From Octopus vulgaris (taxonomy: Eukaryota): a stretch of 64,000 bases of DNA. Positions 40,935 to 54,739 of the stretch are shown here, piece after piece. The DNA is taken from contig OX597814.1 of the NCBI GenBank assembly GCA_951406725.2, positions 138,508,001 to 138,572,000 of the forward strand, read 5' to 3'. Position 1 is the stretch's first letter; every line of letters starts with the position of its first letter. Position numbers and translations under genes: made by a program. Below the pieces are notes generated by a model, which saw nothing but the letters and a program-made list of their open reading frames with translations, was not told where the DNA came from and made no database searches.

Positions 40935-42639
40935 CCTATACTTATATACTTATGCACATACGCACACACACAAGTATATATATATATATTCCATGCAAAA
41001 CTTTGTACTTAATCAAAATTAATCAATCTCTGAATCTCTAGATTTGTGCATCGCAGATCTAATTGCATGATTCCTGTGAGCGATGTCAGTTATTGAGTTT
41101 CTATAGCCATTTCACTTCAATTATGGCTCCAATACATTTGGTAAACGCAGGAATTTCTTAACTTTCTATTTATCCTGACGCAAGAACACTTTTGAATTCA
41201 CATCTATATAAGAAATAATTATTTGGATTTCTGTGGACAATAAATCAAACCCAGTTGCTTTCAAATTAAAAGAAATCTCACGACAGTATCCTCGTTATGA
41301 AACTCAAATCTTCCATTTTGACGGAGATAATATATTTTCGACATCGTAATTCCATAACGCTTCGGAAAAAGACATGATTATGAGCGTTAAATATAATTAC
41401 CGGCATTGCTATTTATTAGGATGAACTGCTATCCTATTTCATTTCGCGAAAACTGTTTAAAAGAAAACTGAGATGAGTTTTACAATTAGGCTACAACGAG
41501 CCTGAAAATATTTATTATCATCCTCTGATGCGGTTGTAAAAACTGCTATAATCTCAGCCATTATCCCTGACATACACCTCATAATCGAATACACTCAATG
41601 TTGTCTTATATATTTATTATAGATCTCTTAAACAATAAACCTATTTTTTAAAACTATATATCAAACAAAGAGATGCAATCTGAGTCTTTTTGTTTTCTTT
41701 TCGTATTCCGGGAAATGATATTATGATGAATATTGAGAATAAAGATATTATCTTCTCGAAAGAAAATTTACTGGTAGATGACGACGTGATGTCATTACAT
41801 ACTGGAGTTGATTGATAATTCAGAAAGATAAAAAAATGATATTTGTAATTTTGTTGTTTGTTTTACTTTTCGGATTGATGCGATGAAATAATATCAAGAT
41901 TTGTTTTATGAATAAATTTCTTAAATCGAATAAAATCAATTTATTTTAAGTAAATTTGCATGGAGAAATAATATTGAAAATACTAAATCTATTTATTTTC
42001 TTCGTTTTATTTTCCAGCTCTAAGAAAACAATTTACTTTACAACCGTGTTTAGAATGCGAATGATTTGTCATCAAACCATTACACTCGACTACTTCGCTA
42101 TCTAATATTCAAGAAAAATAATTAAAAACCTTTCAGTAGTAAATTTTACCTCGAATAATGATAGCAAACTTGAAACACAGTCTGGTATGGAAAGGCTAGC
42201 GGAGAGCGTAGATTTTGAGCATTAATTGTTAAACAAACAATTGTTGATACACCAAAATTGCAATAGAACAACGAAAAATCGAGCCTACACTTGTTTAGAA
42301 GCTTCACAAAATTCTCATTAATCACACCACACAACTTAATACAAGGTTATACAACCTTTATAAGATTGAACAAAGAACTGAGAGCTACATAAAATTTTAC
42401 TATTACCCACTAAGTGAACTGGTTACTATTGTGATGCATTGTAAATTAAGAGATAATGCTTTCTAAAAGTGGCGGAAAAACAACCAATTTTGAAATAATG
42501 CACAATAGATTAAATCGATCCCAGTCTTGACCACAACTTATAGATTCCAGAAAGACTACAGGGACACAAGGACACCACTTTTGAGGGAGAGTACAATAAA
42601 CAAAGAATGATCTATTGGAAACTTTGTGGAAGTTAAGGC

Positions 42640-43085
42640 CTAGAAAGATCAAAGACGTGGTATGACCAAATTCCAGAAGACGTTACTGAAAATGAGGATT
42701 GCAAAGTCCTATGGGATGCAACGAATTTAATGTGACCGTCAGATTAAACATCGAAAACCTGATATTGTTATATTGAACTGAAAAGAAAAAAAAAACTTGC
42801 CTGATAATTGACATAGCATGTGCTGGTCACAAGAGAAGTGAAGAGAAAGAGGAAGTAAAAGGAAAAACTATGATGGATTGAAGGGTAGATACGCAGGTTG
42901 GGGCCAATGAAGAAAGTAGATGTGATACAAATAGTGATTGGTGCACTTGGAAGTATCAGTACCCAATTACCAACATGACTCAAAAAGATTGGAACGAATA
43001 TATAGAAAGAACACCTACAAAAATCATCACTGCAAGAGTACACTGCATGGTTTTTTAAAGCGTGATCAGTAAACAAGTGTCACCT
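42640..43085 (+). mobile_element. Old RLE non-LTR retrotransposon endonuclease remnant
   Basis: KVLWDA..CDRQIKHRKPDIVILN..KKTCLIIDIACAG...KKVDVIQIVIGALGSIS...LQKSSL, a PD-(D/E)xK-type RLE C-terminus with stops. Confidence 0.8.
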
Positions 43086-43134
43086 TAGCTTGCTGTCTGT
43101 GGACAGCTGCCACATCCTATCATAGCTAGCTGCT

Positions 43135-43300
43135 GTTGAAATTTACAGAAAAATAAAAGACGAAGACAGGTGTATAAATGACAAACAGGTGCATTAGTTT
43201 AACGCTCGTGAAGGTGAGAAAGTCTTTGATGTTTCGAGCCTACGCTCTTCAACAGAAAGGTACAAGAGGAGATAAACAGAGACAGAATAAAAAAAGATTT
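43135..43300 (-). mobile_element. Penelope-like terminal fragment with variant hammerhead-like motif (43224-43259)
   Basis: Inverted homolog of 54335-54495. The minus strand reads cttt-CTGTTGA-a-gagc-gtag-gctc-GAAA-ca-TC-aaag. Confidence 0.55.
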
Positions 43301-43869
43301 TCGAGCTATGTATGTATGTATGTATGTATGTATGTATGTATGTATGTATGTATGTATGTATGCATGTATTTGTGTGTGTGTGTGTGTGCCTTTGTGTGCG
43401 CGCGCGCCCTCACATACAATCGAAGTGATATAATACAATTGACGCAACTTTACTTTGTGGCTATGTATATTCTCGTGGTTTAAAGCAAAGATAGTAGGAA
43501 TCAAATTGGTTGTGTTAGTAATGCAGTGATTTAGTACGTAACAGGCTTCATGCTTGTTGTTGTTGTTGTTGTTTTTGTTCTTCAAATAAGCATTTTCTAG
43601 AAGGCACCTTCATTATCATTCTTGTGCGTCTTGTTTAAAAATGATGTAAGGATTACATTATGCAATGTCTTTTCCTTATTTAAGACAGCAGGGTATGGTT
43701 TGAAGGAGACTTAGCTGCTGTTTCTTGCATGTCGAGTGATTGCGTACAGGCTAAACAGTTGTATGGTTTAGTCCAAGGGCTGGTTATTGGTGTTTGTTAC
43801 AGAAATTTCAATTACTTTGCGGGGGACTGTTGGCGGTTTAAAATGGTGATGATAATAACAATTACGAGT

Positions 43870-44400
43870 AGGAGGTGAAGTGGAAGAGGAGAAGGAGGGG
43901 AGTAAGGGAAGAGAAGAGAGGAGAAAAGGGGGGTGAGTAAGGAAAGAGAAGAGGAGGAAGATGAGAGGAAGGCGAGAGGACGAAGAGAGGAATAGAGGAG
44001 TAGAGGAAGTGGAAAGGAGGTGTATGGAGAAAACAAATAGGATGATAGCATTTACGAAGGCAACTGCAATGACAACGACGACGATGACGACGACTACGAT
44101 GATGATGACGACAACGACCATGATGATAAGGATCGAGATGCGGAGGTGGAGCACAAGAATGATAATGAAGGTGCGTGGGAGGAGGAATATAATGATGATG
44201 AGGATGATGCTGATAATAAGGAAGATAATGATACTGATGACGATGGTGGTGGTGACGATGATGATGACGATGATGGTGATGATGATGATTATGATGATGA
44301 TGATGATGATGATGATAATGATGATGATCATGATGATGAGATGACGACGACGGCGATAGCGACAACAACGGCAATGGTGATTACGATAATGGTGCTGCTG
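43870..44400. repeat. Purine-rich and degenerate (GAT/GAC/GGT)n low-complexity tract
   Basis: Cryptic trinucleotide periodicity. It generates spurious ORFs on both strands. Confidence 0.85.
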
Positions 44401-45072
44401 TTGATGCCAATTATCTTTCCAACAAACAATAGTCAACAACATTTTCTCTACACATGTATCTAATTTCTAAACAATTTCTGAGGTCTTCTATTTTTTTTAA
44501 AAATTTCTTCCTTAAGGTGTAATAGAAAATAATAACGAGTGGAACATCGATGAATTTAATAATAAAATCAAAATATTGAAGAATCCGAGAAAACAAAAGG
44601 TAAAAAGCAAAAAATAAAGCAAAAAACAAAAACAGAACAACATGACACAAAACAACACAATATAACAATATAAAGGTTATTGATATCCTCTAGAGAAGGT
44701 TAGGTTTTAATATTATTAATGTTGTTAATGTTTTAATTTAATCTACCTCTCGTAGGAAATAATTAGGTGTTGTACAATATATCTAAGACACTTGGGAATT
44801 GAAAGGAAAAGAAGCTGCAATTGTGATGCAGTGTAGTGAAATACCATGGTTATGCAGCTGAACATGGCTCCTGGCAGTAAAAAGCTTCATATTTCTCAAA
44901 ATCAATTAAACATTCCAAATGGATACAATTGCCGAGCGAAAAACGCTGAATGGTACTTATATCAATTCTTGTCAGCGTCGCCAAAGAAATTCTATTTAAT
45001 CCCTGGAGTTTCTCATTGTATTTTCTATGAGAATTGCTCTAGGATTCCGATGAACATTTTGGCCATCGTTTT

Positions 45073-45074
<2 letters not shown>

Positions 45075-45163
<89 letters not shown>
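45075..45163. repeat. (TATC)n microsatellite
   Basis: Pure tetranucleotide array. Confidence 0.95.
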
Positions 45164-45381
45164 CATACATATACGTACATGCCTATATATGTATATACGT
45201 ACACACATATATACATACACACACACATATATATATAGATATATATATATATTTACATATGCACATTCACATATATATATATATACATACACACATATAT
45301 ACATACATACATATATGCATATATAGATACATTTATGCATGTATATGTATATATAGCATAAAAGGAAAAGAAAACAATATA

Positions 45382-46460
45382 TACCCCATCCAAGAATAAA
45401 ATGCATTTAAAAGAAGAAACAGAAAAATATCAACTAGATTATGACAGAGATAACAGCTATCACCACGATCTCGAGACGGCTCCGGAACGTAGTGCACGTG
45501 TTTGTCATTGTATCTCGGGGAAGATCTTCGAACACCTCCTTCATCTTGGTCACCAGCTCGGTCTTGGTGTTACAGGCAGAGCGGTTGGTAGTTTTCTCAA
45601 ATGCGCTCAACACGTAGTAATCCACGGGATTACAATCCTGTTGGGGATTAGGAAGCTAGAAACTGGGGCTGGTGAAGTCGTATAAATTCTCCGACAACCA
45701 CTTCTAATTCTTTTCCGGAGGTATGACAAAGAGCCGAATACCGTAATACAAATATGGCCTCCCAGCAGCCAATCCTTTCCAGCGAAGGGTATCGATCAGC
45801 TTCACATAATCGTCTGAATTGAGCTTAAGACCCTGTTCAAAGAAGTGGAACGGCATGACATCATCTACACTGGAGATACACTCCAAAACCTTCACAATTT
45901 AGAAGAACTTAGATTTTACGTTGCGTGAGACATTACGTGGATTGTGGGCAAGTCACCTGTTGTACAGGGTGTTGTGCGACTGGTCCTGCGAGAAATTCTT
46001 TTCAACTGAGAAGAACCAGATCATCCCCGATTCAACCGTATTCCCCAGATTATTCAGGAGTTTCTTTGTCTTCGGCAAGTAGTTCTAAGCTTTGGCTGTC
46101 AGAATCTCCCCCTTGCGTCTCTTGTTCGAGTGGTAACAAAAGTCCTCATTTAGGGCCAGCTTCATGGTAGCGACTCCAACACTGACCTCTCTCGACAAAG
46201 CCCGGATTCACTTGTTCGGATCTTCCACCACCTTGTCTGGAGTTGCTGGATAAATTTCACTCTGAACAACACCTGTATCAGCAGCAGTGTGTCTATGTCG
46301 CGTCTTACAGCCTTTATAGTGTTCAAAGAGCGTTGAGCAGCAGACATGATATCGACATTTTGATACAGAGAAGAGTCAAGCCCTGTTATGGACCAGAAAT
46401 GATAGTATCAGACAACCAATAGAAGAATCAGCAGATCATATTTTGCTACCAACTTTGAGC
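45382..46460 (-). mobile_element. Decayed Tc1/mariner-superfamily transposon (maT/DD37D-like)
   Basis: DDVMPFHFFEQGLKLNSDDYVKL, LAAGRPY and DCNPVDYYVLSAFEKTTNRSACNTKTEL...FRSRLEIVV (cf. SPDLNPLDY) with frameshifts. Confidence 0.8.
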
Positions 46461-47719
46461 TTCACTTATTGTAAAAATATTTGAACGTTTTCTGGTGAGA
46501 CCCGTAAATAATAGTAAAAATATGCCTCCACAAACTTCGCCGTTTTCTTTCGAGCGATAAGAATCTTCGGCTCCGAATAACTGATGTTGCTATGTACAGT
46601 GGATTCAAACGAGATATGAACGACTGAAATTCAGCTGCAGTCTGAATTATTTTCAATTACAACATCAGTAACATCCCAACATATTTGCAATATTTTTTGA
46701 TAATTTATCCATTTTTTTCAACCTTTTATAACCGAAATGACGAAGGAGACTATGTTGTTAACTCGATCTACAAGAAATAACAGCTGAAAATCTTTCAAAT
46801 CATACCCGAGCGTTTAAAACAAAGAAATTACACACACAACAATGTAATCATACATATCACATTCTTTTAAGACGAGAGAACTACGGCTGAAATCCTTCAG
46901 CAAGACTGACCCAAGGGCAAAGAAACAACACTAGCATGAGCGACATATTTTGGTAGTTTCTGATTTAAGCGTGAGACAAACAGTTTTGAGGGGAGTGGCT
47001 GAATCTATTACATAGGTCCCAAATCTGAACTGATACTTTATTTTATCGGCTCCGAAAGAACGAAAGCCAATGTTAACTTCGTAGGTAGGAATTCAAACCA
47101 GAACATATTGAACCGGGAAAAAAATTCCACATGGCAATTATTCCAACGCTCTAACGATTCAGCCTTTCAGTCACACAAAAATTCCTCAGATTATTTTTGA
47201 ATTACAGAAGAAACAACTTACTTGTCGATCCAGATTCGTCAAACGTTAAAGAAAACAAACTTACCTGTTGAGAAAAAACAAGAAAAGAATATTAGTTGAA
47301 TTAACAAATGCATTTATATAATTATGAATATAATGATAATTTTCATGAAGGAAGAGAGAAATCAAACGTTACGTTGGGATGAAGAATAATTTATTTCATA
47401 TTACAAACAAGGATTATATAATGTTAAATAATAAATCTTAAGCCAATTGACATCGTCAGACATTCTCATTTTCACTCGCCATCGACTTATGACTAATGCA
47501 TATATTTATACATATACATATATATACATACATATACATACATACCTATATATATATATGTATATAAATTTTATTTTCAGGTTATTATTTCAAAATAAGG
47601 CTAGGAGTAGCAACAGAACGCTGGAAATATAATACGAGGTTAGGAATTCAGTACTGAGAGTGGTGTAAACTTTATTATGATATTCGGAACATTAAATTTT
47701 TTGTAACGCCTATTCAACT

Positions 47720-47766
<47 letters not shown>

Positions 47767-47900
47767 GACACACACACCGACACACACACACACAAACATA
47801 TATACTCAGACAGAGATATATATATATATATATAAAAGGTCGAAACCTTTTGGATTAACTAGTGCTAGAGTGAGCCATATAGTGACCACTCTCTTATATT

Positions 47901-47944
<44 letters not shown>

Positions 47945-48093
47945 CGTTTTGGGATTTGGTTTGCAAGATTCTTTATATGAGTTCGTGTGTTGAAGCATAT
48001 TCTGTTGAAGCATATTCTGAGAGTAATTTTCTTTTTGTGCCTTATAATGTAACACACTTACCGGTAAAAATTCCACTTATTTCTTATTTTTTT

Positions 48094-48156
<63 letters not shown>

Positions 48157-48429
48157 CATATTGATAATAAAAATACACTTCATTCAAATGGGTCTGAAGA
48201 TGCTATAAAGTATCACTCTGATATCAAGCCTTATTGCACGGTTCCTTAAGGAAAGTAGATTGAGTGATAGCTAATGAAAGTGATTACGAAACAGTCATTC
48301 TTTCGTCATTCATCTCGTATATATAATTAGTTAATAAAAAGGAAAACAGAACAAGAAAAAAACAATAACAACGCGAGGATGTGGTACATGCAAAGTTTTA
48401 GCAGACGCTCAGAGAAGGAAAGAAAAGTA

Positions 48430-48464
48430 GTTTTACGTTTCGAGCAAAGCTCTTCGTCAGAAAC
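48430..48464 (-). ncRNA. Minimal hammerhead motif with an extra A after A9, inside a Penelope-like terminus (48325-48480)
   Basis: Minus strand gttt-CTGACGA-A-gagc-ttt-gctc-GAAA-cg-TA-aaac. Confidence 0.6.
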
Positions 48465-48484
48465 AAGAGACGGAAGTCGAACAT

Positions 48485-48905
48485 GTCTATTAAAATACCT
48501 GTCACGTGTAAGCGTAACAGGCCGGATACTGTTGTTTGGAACAGATAAGAAAATGTATGCACCATGATAGAGGTCTGTTCTGCTGATGTGAATATCTCTT
48601 TGAAAATCAAAGAGAACGATAGCTATGGATAATTGCTTCGAAAATTCCAGCTTCTATATTGGAGCATTTGCCTAACTGTCAGCCTTGATAAGCTTGGATT
48701 TTCAGAAAAAGAAATCAACCAATTGATTCGTACATTACATATACAAATTGTAAGCGGAACAGTAAGACTACGCAAGTCTTTTCTTAGGTTTAAAATGTGA
48801 CATTGTTTTCGTTATCTACATTCAAAAGATGGGGTTTTGTATCTTTGTTAGAAGCCAGCTCCTTCTTCAGAGGAAGAATTTAAATGCTTAAAGCAGAAGA
48901 AATAT
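48485..48905 (+). mobile_element. Older relative of the (CATA)n-associated RLE retrotransposon
   Basis: IKIPVTCKRNRPDTVVWNR*ENVCTMIEV...ADVNISLKIKE...LDKLGFSEKEINQLIRTLHIQIVSGTVRLRKSFLRFKM*. The 3' UTR resembles 34585-34645 and runs into (CATA)n. Confidence 0.75.
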
Positions 48906-48999
48906 GCATACATACATACATGCATACATACATACATACATACATACATACATACATACAACATATATACATACACACACCCATACATATGTGGGTGGG

Positions 49000-49210
49000 A
49001 GTGAGTGTGTGCGTGTCTGTTTGTCACTACCCCACAGCGTGACAACCAGCATTGGTTTGGTTATGCCTCCGTAACTAAGAGGGTCACACAGATGAATAAG
49101 GAGAAGACTTAAAAAAACAACAAGCGTAAGTATTGGGTCAATTAAAACCCCTCAAAGTGGTGCTCCAGCATGGTCGCAGTCCTGTGACTGATACGAGTAG
49201 AAAATAATAA
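49000..49210 (+). mobile_element. 3' half of SINE family A
   Basis: gtgacaaccagcattgg...gtggtgctccagcatggtcgcagtc. Confidence 0.7.
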
Positions 49211-50477
49211 ACAATAAAAGACAATTGTACTGGCCTCAATTTTCTTTTCGTATTTATTTTACCGATTTATAGTCAAAGTTAAAAAGACCAGCGACAGTAT
49301 TTGGATACAACATTCTGTTGTTCAAGCTAAATTTCCATTTGAATATCCAATTAACATTGACTTGAAAAAATATCCTGTCTAATATGTGGTAACGACTAAC
49401 TAACTTTAATATATAATATCCCGCTGTTACAAGATTTCCTGAGCAATACAATGGAATCATCTCGTTAGATTTCTTTATCCATCGGAACATTACATCTATG
49501 AATTTTCACGAACGATAAAGTAACAATGTTGATAATTTAAATAACTATTTAAAAAATTGCCAGATGTCTCAATCATTATTACCAACACGCAGTTTCTCTA
49601 GCAAGAAAGAAATTATAGTTACGAAAATGCTTTCATCACAAAGATTCTCTAGACTATCTGAACTTAAATGAAAACAAATGATTTACTTTAAAATAAAACA
49701 ATGCACAAACACATCGTATTTCTTGAATTAAGTCCATTACAATAACCATCGTAGATTTAGCGTTCGTTGACATCGTAATGTGTTTAGCTTGAGGTGAAAA
49801 TGAATCAGAATCAATAATTAACATTAAAATGTTACTATCTTGTTGTCTGTCAATGTCTAAAGCTGTTTCAACAACTTCCGTACATCAAAATGGAATTATT
49901 GTTCTTTTCTCTTACTATGAATATACGAAAATTCAATTTCTAACACTAAAATGTGCTTTTTTTTAAATATATATATATATATTGCTTTCAGGGCCATTAT
50001 TTAATTTTCTTTTCGATCAGTAAAATTATTCTAAATTGTGTGAATTTTATTTCAAACATTTTACAACGAGCGGTCTTTCATATTGAAATTCAACAATAGT
50101 TCAGCTCTTTCCATTTGCTTTTACAATTAGTTGATCGCAATGTTTTCACTTCTATGTATATCTTGTGTATAGAAAGAAAAACTGAAACATAAAAATTCAA
50201 ATAAATCCAAAGAAAAATGGATTTCCGTCTACAGATTTAAAACTTCTGGTTTATCATTAAAGTTTTTCTCTTCATCTTTGTTTAATTTAAGAGATTTTCT
50301 TAGAAATTTCCATTTATTCTTTGCATGCGTAAGATGAAAGTTCAAAGAATTTATGCATGTGAACAAATTACAATGTAAATTTTGTATTAATGTTCATCAG
50401 CTTTGTGGAATTTAAATAATATTTGAAAAATTGAATGATGATGATGATGATGATAATGATGATGATGATGGTGGTGG

Positions 50478-50518
<41 letters not shown>

Positions 50519-51059
50519 TGTTTGTTCTTATAAACAAAATGTCGTTTATTTCATAAAATGAATTTTTTTTCTTTTTGTGGGTAACTATAACCACTGGGAA
50601 GGAGGAGCGAATGCTCTCTAATCTAAGTTATTAAATCCTAAAAGACGAAAATTTAGCATTTAAATACCATATATGGGAATGAGAAATGTACCTTCCAGAG
50701 AACTATATGAATCTAATTATAATGAAAATATCGTCTTATGCAGACATATCTCAAAAATATTGCTTTGAAAATGTAAAAATCTGTAGTTTGAGTAACTCTA
50801 CTCAGATATGAATGTATCGCTGTGTCTCTTACATTCTTTCCTCCTTTCCCTTCTTCTTCTTGCCCTCTCTCTCTCTCTCCTTCTGTAGGAGAGAAACTGT
50901 AGGAGGGTGAAAAGAAATCAGCACCAGAAGCACAAAGCAGTCATTTGAAAATTAAGTCTCACTTTTGGATTTGCCTCAATGTAAGAAACTCATATCGGTA
51001 TTGTTGCCATACGAAGACAGTGTCTTTGAATTCAGTTTTGCAATATTATTGATAATGAA

Positions 51060-51470
51060 GGCGGCGAGTTGGCAGAAACGTTAGCACGCCGGGCGAAATG
51101 CGTAGCCGTATTTCGTCTGCTGCTACGTTCTGAGTTCAACTTCCGCCGAGGTCGACTTTGCCTTTCATCCTTCGGGGTCGATTAAATAAGCACCAGTTAC
51201 GTACTGAGGTCGATATAATTGACTTAATCCGTTTGTCTGTCCTGGTTTGTCCTCTCTGTATTTAGCCCCTTGTGGGTAGTAAAGAAATAGGTATTATCCG
51301 CCGAGGTTGACTTTGCCTTTCATCCTTTCGGGGTCGATAAATTGAGTACCAGTTACGCACTGGAGTCGATGTAATCGACTTAATCCCTTTGTCTGTCTTT
51401 GTTTGTCCCCTTTCTTGCCCTCGTGGGCAATAAAGAAATAAGAAACATTAGCACGCCGGGCAAAATGCCT
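51060..51470 (+). mobile_element. SINE family B, full copy (51060-51296) followed by a 5'-truncated copy and a head fragment
   Basis: ggcggcgagttggcagaaacgttagcacgccgggcgaaatgc head, with the central domain repeated at 51142 and 51298. Confidence 0.9.
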
Positions 51471-51873
51471 TGCAGTGGAATGACCAAGTGACCAAGGGCA
51501 CTGATTTGAAATAAATTCACAAATAGAGAAATATGAAATACAATACATCATCATAGATACTCTAGTTTTATTTAAACTATCTCTACTTCTTGAGAATGTG
51601 TTGCAATTACTAAATGGCAATTAAACTATCTCCATGTGAGTAGGGGAGATAATCTCAAGAATTAGGGATTCACTGAAGCTGACATGTCATTAGGGACAGG
51701 CACTTATTGTCTGAAGATAAGAGGACAGTCGTAGACATATGCTTCTGCTTCAGTAACCGTTACCAGTATGACTATTGTGTTACTTTATTTCTAACAGCCA
51801 AGGGATATAGACATATCTTTGTGTACGCAGACCAACTGTCAGGAAGACTGACAGTTGCTATTTACACACACGG

Positions 51874-52000
<127 letters not shown>

Positions 52001-53959
52001 AGCTGATAAATTATTTCAAGTCTTTCTTCCTCTTCCAAACAGCGAAGAAATCAATTCCAAGAAAACTTGCCACAGTATACATAATTTGATATACACTCCT
52101 TGAATTATAGAACATAAATATAATAAAAAGAAGACCAATATGATGGAAACTGACAAATTCTTCAGACCATGTGACTATATATAAGTTTGGAATTTTAATG
52201 TTATTTTGAAGAGAATATTTCATTGCAAAACTAAGGAGTGTTCTAGAAACATAATTTTTCTATTTTAGTTGGTCAGGATTGGAAATGAAAGTCTACGATA
52301 TTTTAACCTCTTGGTCAGCTCTAGCCTATATTTATTGCTGTTGTTGTTTAGCCCAAGGTCAGCTGTGACCTGTGATCAAAACGTTTTAAATGTGAGCATC
52401 CCGTGTTTTTCGGCTGTCCAGCACTGCCTCCGCTTCTATTTAAAGAGTGTAAGGTATAATATAAGGAAGACTTGGTTGCTATTTCTACAAATTTGGGCGA
52501 CCATGTAGTTGATCCCTTGTAGGCTCATAACATTTTAGGACATATGTTTTTATTATGTTCTTATGTTATCTGACGTATATTGATTGCTTACAAAGGTATG
52601 AACACAAATTGCAAAGGAGTAAAGTCGATTAGATCAACTTTAGGATATTATTCTTATCGATCATGAATGATTGATAGGCAAAATCAATCTCAATGTCACA
52701 TGACCTACGTACATTTAGTAAACCACTTAAACACTTCTGTCAGTACACCACCATTTTCAACGCTCATAATAAAGCATGCAGAAACAGTAACGCAACAAAA
52801 CTTAGTCTCAAATTCAAAACGGTTCTAAACATCTTACCGACCTTCATCAACAATCTCAGGAAATAGTACTTGTTTACTAGTACATATTAAACGTCATCCG
52901 ATAAGAATATCGTCTGTGAAGAGAAACTACTAATTTTTCACTAAGAGATTTAATGAAAGACATAGTTTACTTCTTTGATAGCCCAAACTCAATGCCTCAT
53001 TATTCTGAATTCAAATCCGATCACCTCAACTTCCAATCATTGCCTTGATGTTATAATATATTCTAATAAATGGAAATAGACTAGCAGTTGGATAAATAGT
53101 TCGTGTTTATTTTAGTTCTGATATCAATGACGTTGACGTTTTCGTTTATACCTGTCAAGACACAATTATGAAATGAAGCTGATGAGTATACAGGATTCTT
53201 TGTCAGATCATCTATGAATTGTGATGGGTCCATAATATCTCAAAGTGGATTTCTGCTGGTAAGCAGTTTCTACCCATATATTTTGATATACAATATCATA
53301 ACGCAAGAAAAAGGACATCCAGAAGAGAGTGATGCATCTTGAGACCGTGTTATTCTGAAAAGATGAACGTAGTCCGAATGAGTAATAGAGTGGGCTTCGT
53401 CAAAGACGCCTCGATTGAAACGGCGTATGAGACCTGTCCCTCTAAAAACAAAGAAAAAAGGATTTGGAAAAAGGTTTTGTATAAGACATGCAGTCTTACT
53501 GGACTCACCTACTTGATTGCAAGCAAATGATCCGAGATACTAAACAGTTTGTCATTACTGCGACTGCAAAAGCTATGAATAACAATGAGAATAGTTGAAA
53601 GTAAAAATATATTACAATATTGCAGTCTCTATTTATCGATATATATATCTACTCAAATATTATTTTAATCCATATATACGAATAATATATACGTTAAAAT
53701 ATACTGCAAGGGTTAGGTAAGCAAATAGAAAACATATTTCGACAGTGTTTCAAGGAAACCATATGCTACGGTTAGAATGCACCCCTCAATATTTCAATCC
53801 TGATTGAAAGAAAAATACAGAATCAAGTAAGTTGAACACTTTTATCTCAAGTACCTATGGAGTAGATCAAACGTGCTAACGGTATACTAATTTCATAAAA
53901 CAGTAGTTCAGTGGTTTAACTATTCCACTAGTGTGTATAACATATCAAATACATTCAAA

Positions 53960-54029
<70 letters not shown>

Positions 54030-54334
54030 TACATATATATACATATATATATATACATACATACATATATGTATACACACACACATATATATATATATAT
54101 TCATACGTATATGTATATATATGTGTGTATATGCACATATGTATGTATGTATGAATGAATGTATGTATATGTATATATGCCTGTATATGTATGATTGTAT
54201 GTCCCTGAATGGGACTTTTAACACCAAGCGAATTGATGAAAATAGATTCTCTTACTCCTGTAAAAGCAGCCTATCTGCGAACTAGCAAAACATATACCGT
54301 GTGTATGTGCGTTCAATCGCTAGCTCCAAAATCT

Positions 54335-54491
54335 TTTTTTTTTTAAATTCTTTCTCTGTTTATTTCCTCGTGTTCCTTTCTGTTGAAGAGCGTAGGATCG
54401 AATCGTAAAAGACTTTCTCACCTTCCCGAGCGTTAAACTAATACACCTGTTTGTTGTTTATACACCCGTCTTTTGTTTTTCTGTAAAGTTC

Positions 54492-54495
<4 letters not shown>
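54335..54495 (+). mobile_element. Penelope-like terminal fragment, homolog of 43135-43300
   Basis: ctttctgttgaagagcgtagg.tcgaa.cgtaaaagactttctcacc, ending in (TA)n. Confidence 0.55.
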
Positions 54496-54530
<35 letters not shown>

Positions 54531-54535
<5 letters not shown>

Positions 54536-54691
54536 AGGAAATGAAGAAAATGCTGACAAAATAATTTAAGTAAGGGAGAGTGTATTTAATTAGGTGAAAG
54601 TTCTTTTTACCGGTTGGGCATTTGTTATGCTTATCAAAAGATATTTTTTTAAGAGAGATAGAGTTCCTTTCTGATAGATTTTTTTCTCTTA

Positions 54692-54697
<6 letters not shown>
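54531..54697. mobile_element. Single-arm copy of the 21262-21545 palindrome unit, in (TA)n
   Basis: Near-identical to 21262-21406, with (TA)n on both sides. Confidence 0.85.

Positions 54698-54739
<42 letters not shown>

Noticed and set aside
43768-44463. Long ORFs (224, 170, 127, 105 aa) with poly-His/Asp/Ile
   Set aside because: They overlap on both strands across a degenerate trinucleotide tract, so they are a low-complexity artefact.
48186-48302. Possible hammerhead with long stem II (ctgaaga...gaaacagtc)
   Set aside because: Stem I depends on G-U pairs and the base of stem II does not pair; not convincing.
50640-51040. Possible pogo/Tigger transposase or host exon remnants (also ~53150-53600 and ~30300-30820)
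   Set aside because: No continuous frame or diagnostic motif could be confirmed.
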